Shown: positions 53,101 to 64,000 of the stretch, piece by piece
Position numbering within the stretch: position 1 is the stretch's first letter
Layout: each line of letters begins with the position of its first letter
From: Antedon mediterranea
Taxonomy: Eukaryota; Animalia; Echinodermata
Reading direction: 5' to 3'
Length of the DNA: 64,000 bases
Assembly: GCF_964355755.1 (NCBI RefSeq)
Contig: NC_092672.1
Span: 32,866,437 to 32,930,436, forward strand
Translations under genes and position numbers: made by a program
The notes under the pieces: generated by a model
Databases searched by the model: none
Seen by the model: only the letters and a program-made list of their open reading frames with translations
Told to the model about the DNA's origin: nothing

Positions 53101-53446
53101 ATACATATTTATTTTTAAAAACTATGTAATTTAGTATTTTAATTAAACAATAAAACAGTGTGTTCCAGCTTGTGCAGCCATCTTTATTCCTCCTTGCGTC
53201 CTTCCTGTAGTTTAATACTACTAATCCTGGCCTATCTATATACCTGTATGTATGAATCATTTCACACAGAATCACTTAGGGCCTAGCTAGCTAGCCTAGG
53301 CCTAACTAATTCTAAACATAATTGGAAAATTGTAATAAAAAATTAAATATATTATTACTTACTCTTGCCCATAAAATAGTTATAGTTACAACAAGATGTG
53401 ATATTAGGCACAGGAATCTTGCAGGTATTATATTATGAACCGTCAT
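50051..53446 (-). CDS. TMEM107: Transmembrane protein 107 (ciliary transition zone), 137 aa, 5 exons
   Basis: Exons 53446-53363, 53093-53026, 52672-52572, 51052-50956, 50114-50051 total 414 nt. Translation MTVHNIIPARFLCLISHLVVTITILWAR DENVYSSIPTDYTQDEFDEKDVS LIVGLSFTLFFIAVELIGFLSGVSMFSNFANLVS LFAHASGSAAFSHFVFEEWPIYRLWYIMIFCS FVPGFIEVVVILSVACLKRT matches recalled TMEM107 (VPSRFLTLLAHLVV; AVELAGFLSGVSMF; FIFERW..YWYIFVFCS). Confidence 0.93.
50641..50802. mobile_element. MITE family B copy (TA TSD; Tc1/mariner/pogo-like)
   Basis: ta|cagtagaacctctattaaggggacacc...gggattctacag|ta. Confidence 0.7.
50956..51052 (-). CDS. TMEM107: TMEM107 exon 4
   Basis: LFAHASGSAAFSHFVFEEWPIYRLWYIMIFC, AG|gtaagt donor. 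Confidence 0.9.
51053..52571 (-). other. U12-type (minor spliceosome) GT-AG intron, TMEM107 intron 3
   Basis: 5' splice site GTATCCTTAA at 52571-52562; branch site CCTTAAC at 51073-51067, about 15 nt upstream of the AG; no long polypyrimidine tract. Confidence 0.88.
52572..52672 (-). CDS. TMEM107: TMEM107 exon 3
   Basis: LIVGLSFTLFFIAVELIGFLSGVSMFSNFANLV. Confidence 0.92.
53026..53093 (-). CDS. TMEM107: TMEM107 exon 2
   Basis: ttttcag acceptor, DENVYSSIPTDYTQDEFDEKDV, AG|gtaagg donor. Confidence 0.87.
53363..53446 (-). CDS. TMEM107: TMEM107 exon 1
   Basis: MTVHNIIPARFLCLISHLVVTITILWAR, gtaagt donor. Confidence 0.9.
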
Positions 53447-54319
53447 GTTTTATTGTTTTGGTTAGGCCCTATGTAAACAAACCAACTTATGTTGCTCAGC
53501 CAAAACCCTAAGGAAAAATGCTGCTGACGACGGTCTGTTGAAAACTGTAAAACAAATATTTCGAATGTTTCATCGCCCTAGAACTAGGCTAATTACATGT
53601 TTTTAATAAATGTTTAAAATATAGCCTCAATTTATTTCAAATAACTGTATGTTTGTTGTCTTTTTATCACCTGCGTGTCATTTAAATACTCATTTTGTCT
53701 CTACTATGCATAAAATATAGAGAAATATCGACCGTAACTACGATAAACAAACGAAAAAATGGAGAGGTCGAGCGCCAAATTTGACCAGATTTGACCTTTC
53801 TTAAATTGGGAATGTTCTAAATAATAGATGGGGGTATAAATTGAGGGGCAATTGGAAAACTAAAAATTTTAACTGCTACAAAAGGTTACTTACTGGTATA
53901 TTTATACTTTATCTTTTATAACCGTTACCGAATTTCATATTTTTAAACTATGAAACATTATTATGTTGTTGATTCTCAATTGAACATAGAATATTTCCCC
54001 CTTCGAATTAATAGAACATACTAAATATTGTATTATGTTATTTTCCATATATTTCTTGACAAAAATGATAAATAAAATAGTTTCACAATTAAATTAGTAA
54101 TATGATATTGCATCTTTGCATACTACATATATTTTTTATCGAAATTAACAATCAGAAATAGGGAAAAACGATTAAATATGGTCCAGTCACGTGACGAACA
54201 TTTTCAGAGAGCTGGCCTGCCACGTCTTTTTGGTCATCGTATTATTGGTACACGCGTAACTTGCAAGATTTTAAGTGACATTTAAACATCCGAATACGTT
54301 TGTTTAGCGGTATTTGAAA
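53447..54319. promoter_or_regulatory. Divergent promoter region TMEM107/COPB2
   Basis: 873 bp between the two ATGs. TGTAAACA (Fox) at 53472 and GTTGCT (X-box half-site) at 53491 lie near TMEM107; GTCACGTGAC at 54186 and TGCCACGTC at 54218 lie near COPB2. Confidence 0.65.
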
Positions 54320-57300
54320 ATGGTAAATATTTCTAAGTTTAATAATGTATTTTTGTAATATAAAAGGTGTGATTTATTTATATTCACCTTTTAATATCTT
54401 TATTTCAATCATATAAAGTCAGGTTGCCCGTCTAGCCCAACTTATTTGCACCGGTTGAGTTGAATGATACGGGATGCGGCCGGAAAATCCTCGTTTTCCA
54501 GGGTCATTTTTGTATCTGAGCGGAAGTGGAGGTTTAGGGCCTAGCCTAAAATAAAATATCTTCTTTATTCTTTAGTACCTTATTTGTTTATTGCCTTCAG
54601 TTAATAATAAGAATGCATGTATTTGAGAAATCTTTTCTCTTTAAAAAATAAATAAATAGGCCTAGCCTAGCTAGCCTAACTAGCCAATCGCAAGGCACTA
54701 CAAAAATATGCACATGCATGGTTTAATAATTAGCTTATATTTTCTTTTTCAGCCATTAAGGTTAGACATAAAGGTAAGAGTATTTAGCTATCTTTTTTAC
54801 CATTAAAAAACACAATTACTTTCGATAATGTACATAAACAAAACGGGTAACTGTAGTTTGGTTTTTAGAAGCTTTCATTCCTTTATTATGTAATTGTAAA
54901 TCTTAGATAATGGAGATGTAGTTTTGTGGTTTGTTTACCTGCCTTCCAAGGTCCAGGGTTCAATCCTGGCCAGACTCGCAAACATCACTTTAGTTCAATA
55001 TGCAAACTCAGGCAAAGTTTGCAAAAAACTTCAGCCAGTAAGTTCCTTGCTGTTGGATGCAAATAAAATTTAAAAAAACTTTATTTTCACAGAGGAGATT
55101 GTCGGCAAGGTCAGACCGTGTCAAGTCAGTTGACCTTCACCCAACGGAGCCATGGATGCTCGCTAGTTTATATAATGGCAACGTCCATATATGGAATCAT
55201 GAATCCCAGGTAACCCTCTTCATTGTTTTTATAGGGATAAGTTAAACATCTATAGACCAAATTTGATTTGTAATTGTTTTGTATATCTCAGAGCAAACAT
55301 AATTTCTATAAATATTTTATATGCAAATATGACAATAAATGGAAATAATTTTAGACTGATGAATGAATGAGAATACCTATTCTTTACACTTTGTAGGTAA
55401 GATGATTTAAAAAAAAACTTTTTTTTGTGTATATTTTCAGACACTAATAAAATCATTTGAAGTCTGCGACTTGCCAGTGAGGGCGGCTGTGTTTGTTGCG
55501 CGCAAGAATTGGGTAATAACCGGCTCAGTAAGTATTCAAATATTTCTACTTTAGAAAAAATTTGATAATAAATTTGGACTTTTAAGCGCATATTGCATAA
55601 AGCCTCTGTGCTTCAAATAAAAAAAAAAGTAATCCATAAAATAAAAAAGAAAAATTAAAATCGATAATATAATAAAATATATATATATTAATCGGTCATT
55701 TTATTTACATAATATTTTAGTGTATATTTGAATTTTTAGAACTTTTTTGGTGTTTTTTTCTTAATTTTTTAGGATGACATGCAGTTGCGAGTTTTCAACT
55801 ACAACACTCTGGAAAAGTCACACATGTTCGAGGCACATTCAGATTATATAAGATCCATTGCAGTTCACCCTACACAACCTTACATCCTCACCAGCAGTGG
55901 TAAGTACAGAATTTACTCTCTTATAAAATGCAATAATTAATTGTCCTTAACTGTCAAGTATTGTTATTGGTAGTGTCAGTATATTGTTCTGATCTAATGA
56001 TCAGTTTTGACTCTAGTGGCCACCTGCATAGGATATTGTTTAAATAATATAATGAATAATCTAGTTTATAGGTAAGGCTTGGTCTAGGCAAAGGGCAAAG
56101 TAGTAGATTTACCAAGGTGCTCTCCCAGTCAATTTCCCCAAAATCAAGTAATTATGGTCCTCTTGGAAGTTTAAGTTTAATAATTGTCTAATTTGTATTC
56201 AAATTAAAACTTTCCAATCAAAATTAACAATTGAATGGCCTACTACATTCAAGACAATATGTAGAAATAAACTGATTTGGACCATACCAATTTCCATTAA
56301 AAATATGCCCAAATATAGTAGTGATATGCCCAAATATGGTAGTGTATGGCCAAATATAGTAGTGATATGCCCAAATATATTAGTGATATGCCCAAATATA
56401 GTAGTGATATGCCCAAATATGGTAGTGTATGGCCAAATATAGTAGTGATATGCCCAAATATATTAGTGATATGCCCAAATATAGTAGTGATATGCCCAAA
56501 TATAGTAGTGATATGCCCAAATATAGTAGTGATATGCCCAAATATAGTAGTGATATGCCCAAATATAGTAGTGATATGCCCAAATATAGTAGTGATATGC
56601 CCAAATATAGTAGTGATATGCCCAAATATAGTAGTGATATGCCCAAATATAGTAGTGATATGCCCAAATATAGTAGTGATATACTTGTCACATAAAGTTT
56701 GATAGCGTAGACAGAATGTTACACTGTCTATTTTTATTTTGACTTGTACAGATGATATGTTGATTAAACTGTGGGACTGGGAAAAGAAATGGTTATGTTC
56801 TCAGGTGTTTGAGGGCCACACCCACTATGTCATGCAGGTTGTGATTAACCCCAAGGATAACAACACATTTGCTAGCGCATCGCTCGACAGGACGGTCAAG
56901 GTACGTAGAATTGTTTCCCTTTTAATTCTACAAAATTTAAACAATTAAAAATTCACCGGAAGCTGGATGCAAAACGGTCGATTATTAAAGATGTATTGTC
57001 CCTTGAAACACATAAAATGAAAGATATCTTGTTATATATATTGTTTTAGAAAACATTATTTTGTTTAGTTTGTCTAGTAGATGAAGGGCTAAGAAAATGC
57101 TTGAGCTAGACATATTTACAAGCACAGGTCTCTAAATTTGAAAGGGTACTTCAGAAAAAGGGATGTTTAAGCTTGGTTCCTACTAGGGACGCAACGCAAC
57201 GACGTAACGCAATGTAAAGGATTTGACCAATCTAACTATAACAGTCGCTTGTCATTGGTTAATAACAGTTGGAGATTTTTTATCAATAACATTTTTGTAT

Positions 57301-60300
57301 TATCTAGGTATGGCAATTGGGTTCTCCTGCACCTAATTTCACCCTTGAAGGTCATGAGAAAGGGGTAAATTGCGTGGATTACTACAGTGGGGGTGATAAG
57401 CCATACTTAGTCTCTGGAGCTGACGACCGATTGGTGAAAATCTGGGACTATCAGGTATGTTTAATGATATGTACTCTTTTGTTCCATTGGTATATAGAGT
57501 TAGCTATTTGGGTTTCTGTTACAAATGTTTAGCCTGATGCAGTGAAAAATGCCATGTGCTGAAATGGACCAAAGCACTGCTACTTTTTACATTTACAATT
57601 TTGTCCTTCAGAATAAGAACTGTGTACAGACGTTGGAAGGGCATGCTCAGAACATCTCCTGCGTCTCCTACCATCCTGAGTTACCAATCATAATGACAGG
57701 CTCTGAAGATGGTAAAGTTGATCAAATCTTTTTCTCATCAGCAATTTTTTGATATTGCAATTTTAGTTATTAAATCGTTGAATTTAGTTATTATTTATTT
57801 TGTTGCTGAAAATATTGAATGCTAAATATAAGTGGAGCTGTAGATTGGTGGTTAACAATAACATGCTTACCTTCCAATCTCAAGGTCCAGGGCTTCAATC
57901 CAGATTGTTTTTACTCTACTCTTTAAGCCTCAAATGATGCTTAGTTTTATAGGCATGATATAATTTATCCATCCTGTAAACTAACAGGAAAGTAAAACGA
58001 CCCGTAGGAAGACCAACTGGATGAATCAAATAAAGAAAGACTTACAAGGGCTAGTAGACACTAACACAATAACAAACCATCCTGCCATAAACAGAAAAAA
58101 ATGGAAACAAATTGTGGAAAGCGTAATGTCGGAAGACGGAAAACGTTAGCAACAATAATTGGCAAGTTACATGCTGTTGGATGTAAGAAAATAATTGAGT
58201 ATGAAATTTGTTGTTTTTGTAGGAACTGTTCGTATATGGCACGCAAACACTTACAGACTAGAAACAACATTGAATTATGGGTTAGAGAGAGTATGGACAA
58301 TATCCAATCAGAGAGGCAGTAACAGCGTTGCCCTGGGATACGACGAGGGCAGTATTATAATCAAGGTAAGCTAGCATTTGGATAATTTGTATGTGCGTAT
58401 AGTGGTATATAAATCTATTTTGAGATCTTTGATTTATAAGCATAGTTTTGTTGCCATGGTTTGGTGTTATATTGTAGGCCTTTTATCCTTGAATATAAAG
58501 ACTATCAGTCATCCTAATCATCTGTCTACACTACTATATATATATGAACTGTTTTATAAGTTGTTTTGTGACTGTGTAATTTGGTAGTAGTCACTCTCAT
58601 ACTGTAGGCCTACATTTAAAAGTAACACATCCAAATGCCAACTTCAAGTCAATGGCTACCAGATGTCTCTGTGAGACGGTTATTTGAACCAGTACAAGTA
58701 TCAAACTAGTTTGACAAAAAAAAGTGTGATGTGCCCAAATCACATTTTTTTGTTACATAAAGTTTGATAGTGTAGACAGAGCTTAAGAACTATAAACATG
58801 TTTTTAAACGCACTCATCATTGAGTTTTATTGGTAATGATGCTGACTTTAATACATTTATTTATTTTAGCTTGGACGTGAGGAGCCAGCAATGTCGATGG
58901 ACATCAACGGCAAGATTATTTGGGCCAAACATGCTGAAATACAACAGGCTAATCTGAAGTCAATGGGAGGTAAGAAGATATCAGTAAAGAGTCTTTTACA
59001 CCTGTTCCGGCATGGATCCGGGCCAGAGCCAGCAAATCTAATATAACGTCATTGTTACGTTTTCACGACGCTCCACATGGATATGCGGCAATCAATATGC
59101 GCATAGTCGCATCAAAACAAACATTGACGTTTTATTTGCCTATGATGAACTGGAACTGTGCTTGGAACAGGTGTGAAAGACCCTTTAATGCAGAGGATGA
59201 AACAATGTGCGATTGGGTGGAGGAGGAAGCAGAGTATAAGAGAATTAGCTTGATCAACACAATGCAAAAGTCATAGTGAAATATAGTTGTTTAAACGTTT
59301 AAAATACGAGTTTTAATAATTGATTCTTTGAACCTTCAGAGCTTAAGTTTCTAAGGGGCTATGGTTTTAAGATAAATGATCAGGGAAAATGAGTGGAAAA
59401 TAGAACCCTTTACACTAATTTGATTCCTAACAAAACGTGGGTGTGTGAACACAATGTTAGAAAAGGTAAACATAGGAGTTTTCTCTGGCCACCCGGCAAA
59501 AAACTGGCTGAGTGTGGACATATTAGTAGATTTTATATATATATATATATTACTAATAGTAAGTAGGTAACTAAAATTGGTTTTATTTTGTTTGTTTGTT
59601 TGTTAGATATGGAAATTAAGGATGGCGAGAGACTTGGACTCGGTGTTAAAGACATGGGAAGTTGTGAGATATACCCACAAACTATTTCACATAATCCCAA
59701 CGGAAGGTATGGAATAATGGCTTGTTTTAAGTTATTAATTAACAACGCAATACTTAAGTCCTGTCTATACTATTAAACTTTATGTGACAAAAAAAATTTG
59801 ATGTGCCCTTATATGGTGTCATATCACTACTATATTTGGGCATATCACACTTTTTTTCAAAATTGTTTAATAGTGCAGACAGAGCTTTATAGAAAGATGA
59901 TAGTACTACTATGAGCACACTGGGTGATTACCACCTAATCTTGAATAATGTACAAGTCCATTAACTAATCATATTAATATTGATCGATCGATTTTGTGTA
60001 TACAGGACCAACAGCTTCATGTCCCATCCAAAGTATTAGATAAAAAGCTCTTATGAAGTGTTTTTTAATTATTAATATCATGTTTGTTTTTTAAGGTTTG
60101 TTGTTGTGTGTGGCGATGGAGAGTACATCATATACACAGCCATGGCGTTGAGAAACAAGAGTTTTGGTTCAGCATTAGAATTCATTTGGTCAAACGACGC
60201 ATCCGAGTAAGTTCAAAGAGCTAAAATTTATCAATAATTTTGCTTACGTCATGATTGTTATGCTTAAGTGTAAACTAAATTTTTACTCAACAAGACACTT

Positions 60301-63300
60301 AAGATTTAAAAAAAAGAATAGGTAGACATATTTGATCGAAACTGCAGATGATTTTTTTTTTTCCAAAGAAAATTTCACCCCAGAAGTTTTAGAAGTTTAG
60401 ACATTATTTCTATGTTTTTTTTTCTGCCATTTATAGGATAATTTCATTGCTCATCAATTTTTTAAATATGATTATTCTTTCATGAAAAAGTGAATATTTA
60501 TTTAAACAATTTACTAATTTTATGTTTATAAATAACATATTTTTTCGACAGATATGCAATTCGTGAAAATAGTACAACTGTTAAAATTTTTAAAAATTTC
60601 AAAGAAAGGAAAAATTTCAAACCAGATTTTGGAGCCGAAGGTAACTAACATTCTTTTAAAATCCTTTCATTTCATAAATATTATGGTATTTCCATGTTTT
60701 TATCATAAAGCTCTGTCTACACTATCAAATTTTGTAACAAAAAAAGTGCCCATATATGGACATGATATGCATATCAGTACCGTTTGACATTTCACCACCA
60801 TATTTGGGCAGATCACACATTTTGTCAAAGTAGTGTAGAAAGAGCTTGATATTATGTTCCCTGTTTTCCAGGCATCTTTGGCGGTGTTTTACTTGGGGTA
60901 AAATCAAGCAGCGGCTTAGCTTTCTACGATTGGGAAACCACTTCACTTGTTCGCAGAATTGAAATCATTCCTAAAAATGTAAGTTACAGTAGGGGTTGGG
61001 GGAAGGGGGGTCCAGTTAAGTTACCTCCAAAATTTTGTGGGTAAATCAACTTACTAAGCCGGGACATGACCAAAGTGTCCTTAGCCCATGTGTCCCCTGA
61101 ATAAAGATTGGCTTTAGCATTATATATATATTTTTCCCCCATTCATTTAATTTGAAATTTTCCCCAACACTGAAATCTATTAGGAATTTAGATACAAAAT
61201 GTATTCATATTTATTTCATATAAATTCATTGGATCCAATACAATTTTTGTTATTTAAATGAATAATTTTTCAGGTGTTTTGGTCCGTAAATGGAGAACTT
61301 GTTTGCATAGCCACAGAGGAATCATTCTTCATACTTAAATTCGACCAAGATGCGGTTGCTAAGGCACAGGAAGCAAATGAAGATGTAACAGAGGACGGCA
61401 TTGAAGAGGCATTTGATGTAAGTAATTTGTCGCCCTCTTTAGTCACAGTAGACTTAACGCCGGATGAACGCACATTATATGATTAATTTGAACAAAAGAT
61501 ATCCTATATAAAAGCTCTGTCTACACTATCAAACTAGTTTGACAAAAAAAGTGTGATGTGCCCAAATATGTGATATATTCAAATGGTAGTGATAGGACAT
61601 CATCATGTCCATATATGGGCACATCATACTTTTTTTGTTGATAAGGCTTGATAGTGTAGACAGAGCTTAAGATCCATGGATGTAAATTTCAGTTTTCGGT
61701 TTTATACATTTTGTATAATATCAACATTTGTTTTATATATGCAATGTTATAGTATTCTTGTTTACTTAATTGTAGCATTGGACTAATTTATCATAATATT
61801 GTTAGATTTGTCACACAAATTACGTCGTACATAGTTTAAATTGGAGCTACTATCAGTTTTGAGTAAAAAATTAGGGCCATTTTGAAATCCAAGATGGCGG
61901 CCAAAATAGGGTCAGGAAAAACTGGCCCCCAGTTGCAATGAGTTCTACTAGTCCTAAGGATTCCAAAACTGCCAAGAACTCAACTTGAGCATTAAAATCT
62001 CGCGGAATTGATATTTGGAACATTAGGTTCCCCACTATATTAGCAGTCCCTGACCAATTCTCCTCTTATCTGTTTATTTTTATATGTAACTTTTTTTTTT
62101 TAAAGGTTATTTGTGAAATCCAGGAAACAGTTAAAACAGGACTTTGGATTGGCGATTGTTTCATTTACACAAACTCTCTAAATAGATTGAATTATTACGT
62201 TGGCGGTGAGATTGTCACAATATCTCATCTTGACAGGTATTTTCATTAGAATATTTTTGTTAAAGATGTATTGTCCCCACAAAAACATGAAAAATAAAGA
62301 ATAATAAAATCAGACTTTGAATAGATTATTTTGTAGTTTTAATAAAGTTAATCACTTCTGTAAAAATAAAACTGAAAAAATAATATTTTCTTTTGTAAAA
62401 TGAAAAAATAAATGGTTAAATTCAACCATTTTGCCATTTTTTTTATTGTGTATACAAATTATTTTTATAACTTTTAAATATTTTCTGTACATTTCTATTG
62501 TTTTGAACATTGTTTAAGATATGTATTTGTTTATTTTTTTTTTAATATGTATTTTAAAATGCAGTGTATTAACAAAGACTTTCTGATTTTTGTTTTTTTT
62601 TAATATAAATTATATCAATAAAAAAATGGATTTAGTTGATTATTAAAAGCATGTATGTAAGCATGTTGTTCAATTAAAAAATACAAATCTAAAATAATAT
62701 ATTTTCAAATAACTATCAATTTAAATACCAGCTTATTAATATTGTTTCCAAATTTTATAGAGTGATGTACCTCCTAGGCTACATTCCAAAAGACAACAGA
62801 CTATATCTAGGAGACAAAGAGTTGAATGTGGTTAGTTTCTCTCTGTTGCTGTCTGTCTTGGAGTACCAAACTGCTGTCATGAGACGTGACTTTCAAACCG
62901 CGGACAAGGTCCTGCCGACGGTGCCAAGAGAGCAGAGAACGCGGGTTGCCCATTTTCTTGAGAAGCAGGTACATTATTTTGTAATTTTTTTGTGTTTTTT
63001 GTATATTTAGGCAAGTCTTTGGAGGAGTTGTAATTAAATGTAAAAATCCTGACATGACAGTACATGAACCCAGGATACTTGGATTGGTAGCCAAGCATCA
63101 TTTCCACCAAGCCACAACTCCACTCCAATCATTATTTTATTTGGTTTAAAAACTGTAAAAAAATGTTGTAAAACTGAAAACGGATACAGTTTTTAAAAAA
63201 ATTCCCATATATTGTAAAAACTAAATCTGGTTTTATAAAAAGTTTAAAATTTGGCCGTTTTCCTATTTGTTTTTGTCTATGATCATAGTATTAATATTAA

Positions 63301-63743
63301 TTATTTCATTTTTCTATTGTAGGGTTTCAAACCACAAGCTATGGCAGTTACCTGTGACCCAGAGCATAAGTTTGACCTTGCTCTTGGGTTAGGTGAATTA
63401 AAATTGGCCCATGACCTTGCTACAGAAGCACAGGTACGTCACATGTATATCTATATCTTTCAACTATCATCGGGTGCTTTTTTTTTGTGTAAAAATAGAT
63501 AAATGTTTCATATCTTTTTTCCATATAGTCTGAACATAAGTGGAAACAATTAGCAGAATTAGCAACTAAAAAGTGTGAATTTAAACTTGCGCAAGAATGC
63601 CTACACAACGCACAAGACTTCGGCGGACTTCTCATGCTTGCGAGTTGTTCGGGTGACACCGGTATGATGGAGAAACTCGCAGACACGGCAGCCGACAACG
63701 AAAAGAATAATGTCGCGTTCCTTGGATTCTTCCTCCAGGGAAA
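54320..63743 (+). CDS. COPB2: Coatomer subunit beta' (beta'-COP), first 19 exons; continues beyond the right edge
   Basis: Exons 54320-54322, 54753-54773, 55093-55209, 55441-55527, 55773-55899, 56752-56900, 57308-57454, 57612-57711, 58223-58365, 58870-58969, 59607-59706, 60096-60206, 60552-60640, 60872-60978, 61274-61417, 62106-62236, 62761-62968, 63323-63433, 63529-63743, all GT-AG and in phase. Translation [39 protein letters not shown]40 repeats, [37 protein letters not shown]. Confidence 0.96.
55093..55209 (+). CDS. COPB2: COPB2 exon 3
   Basis: [39 protein letters not shown]. Confidence 0.95.
56303..56715. repeat. 21-bp tandem repeat (atatgcccaaatatagtagtg, about 18 copies) expanded from the interior of MITE family A
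   Basis: The unit equals the MITE internal motif, and the array is followed by the MITE terminus tttgatagcgtagacaga. Confidence 0.92.
56752..56900 (+). CDS. COPB2: COPB2 exon 6
   Basis: [50 protein letters not shown]. Confidence 0.95.
57308..57454 (+). CDS. COPB2: COPB2 exon 7
   Basis: [49 protein letters not shown]. Confidence 0.95.
58988..59184. mobile_element. Short TIR MITE, Harbinger-like
   Basis: taa|agagtcttttacacctgttcc...ggaacaggtgtgaaagaccct|tta. Confidence 0.65.
61274..61417 (+). CDS. COPB2: COPB2 exon 15
   Basis: [23 protein letters not shown]...EDGIEEAFD. Confidence 0.93.
61513..61667. mobile_element. MITE family A copy (further copies at about 58700-58783, 59757-59886, 60709-60846)
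   Basis: Perfect TIR agctctgtctacactatcaa...ttgatagtgtagacagagct. Confidence 0.8.
62761..62968 (+). CDS. COPB2: COPB2 exon 17
   Basis: [44 protein letters not shown]...HFLEKQ. Confidence 0.95.
63529..63743 (+). CDS. COPB2: COPB2 exon 19
   Basis: [38 protein letters not shown]...[12 protein letters not shown]. Confidence 0.93.
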
Positions 63744-64000
63744 GTAAGTTGAGAATTCTTTGGTTTTGTTAAAAATTTTATTTTGTTTTTATTTTTTCTA
63801 TGCTTATCTTCATATTTTAACTCCCTGCAAATACAATAAACTCACTGCAGCCATGCAATTGTCATCACTAATTGCCATAATTTCGAAAAGTAACAGACGC
63901 ACTGCAGCGATGCAGTTGATTTTCATAATCATTAATTTAAGATCTTAGTTAGGATTGTCATACATACAAATACAATAGACTCATTTCAGCCATGCAATTG

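Noticed and set aside
56346-56702. (MPKYSSD)n, (ICPNIVV)n and (GISLLYL)n ORFs
   Set aside because: A 21-bp minisatellite within COPB2 intron 5
33830-57905. tRNA-like A/B-box segments (about 33835-33895 on -, 37480-37545, 51968-52025, 54917-54972, 57836-57902)
   Set aside because: Degenerate and without a foldable cloverleaf; best explained as decayed tRNA-derived SINE heads, not tRNA genes
61880-61905. YY1-like CAAGATGGCGGC motif in a COPB2 intron
   Set aside because: A single motif, probably within a transposon remnant, with no supporting promoter context
1-64000. Autonomous transposase, RAG-like, viral or horizontally transferred gene
   Set aside because: No long unexplained ORF remains once the four genes, the LINE fragment and the repeat-derived ORFs are accounted for

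Overview
AT-rich, intron-rich eukaryotic (animal) genomic DNA, not prokaryotic. An invertebrate deuterostome such as an echinoderm is my inference only. Four spliced genes were reconstructed by hand from splice sites and reading-frame phase: (1) the first two coding exons of LRRC23 (- strand, continuing off the left edge); (2) a complete Castor/CASZ1 zinc-finger transcription factor (+ strand, 11 coding exons, 14428-43002, about 1625 aa, 11 Castor-type fingers); (3) a complete TMEM107 (- strand, 5 exons, 137 aa) whose third intron has U12 minor-spliceosome signals; (4) the first 19 exons of COPB2/beta'-COP (+ strand, continuing off the right edge). TMEM107/COPB2 are head-to-head, and LRRC23/CASZ1 probably are too. 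Introns hold several short non-autonomous DNA transposon families, CR1/L2 LINE fragments, SINE remnants and many minisatellites, several of which have expanded inside or out of MITEs. I found no CRISPR array, rRNA or intact tRNA, and no convincing wholly new biological system. The best leads are the U12 intron, an RFX/POU/Sox motif cluster in a CASZ1 intron, and a MITE-derived satellite with higher-order structure. Gene names come from recalled similarity to human proteins, not from a database search.
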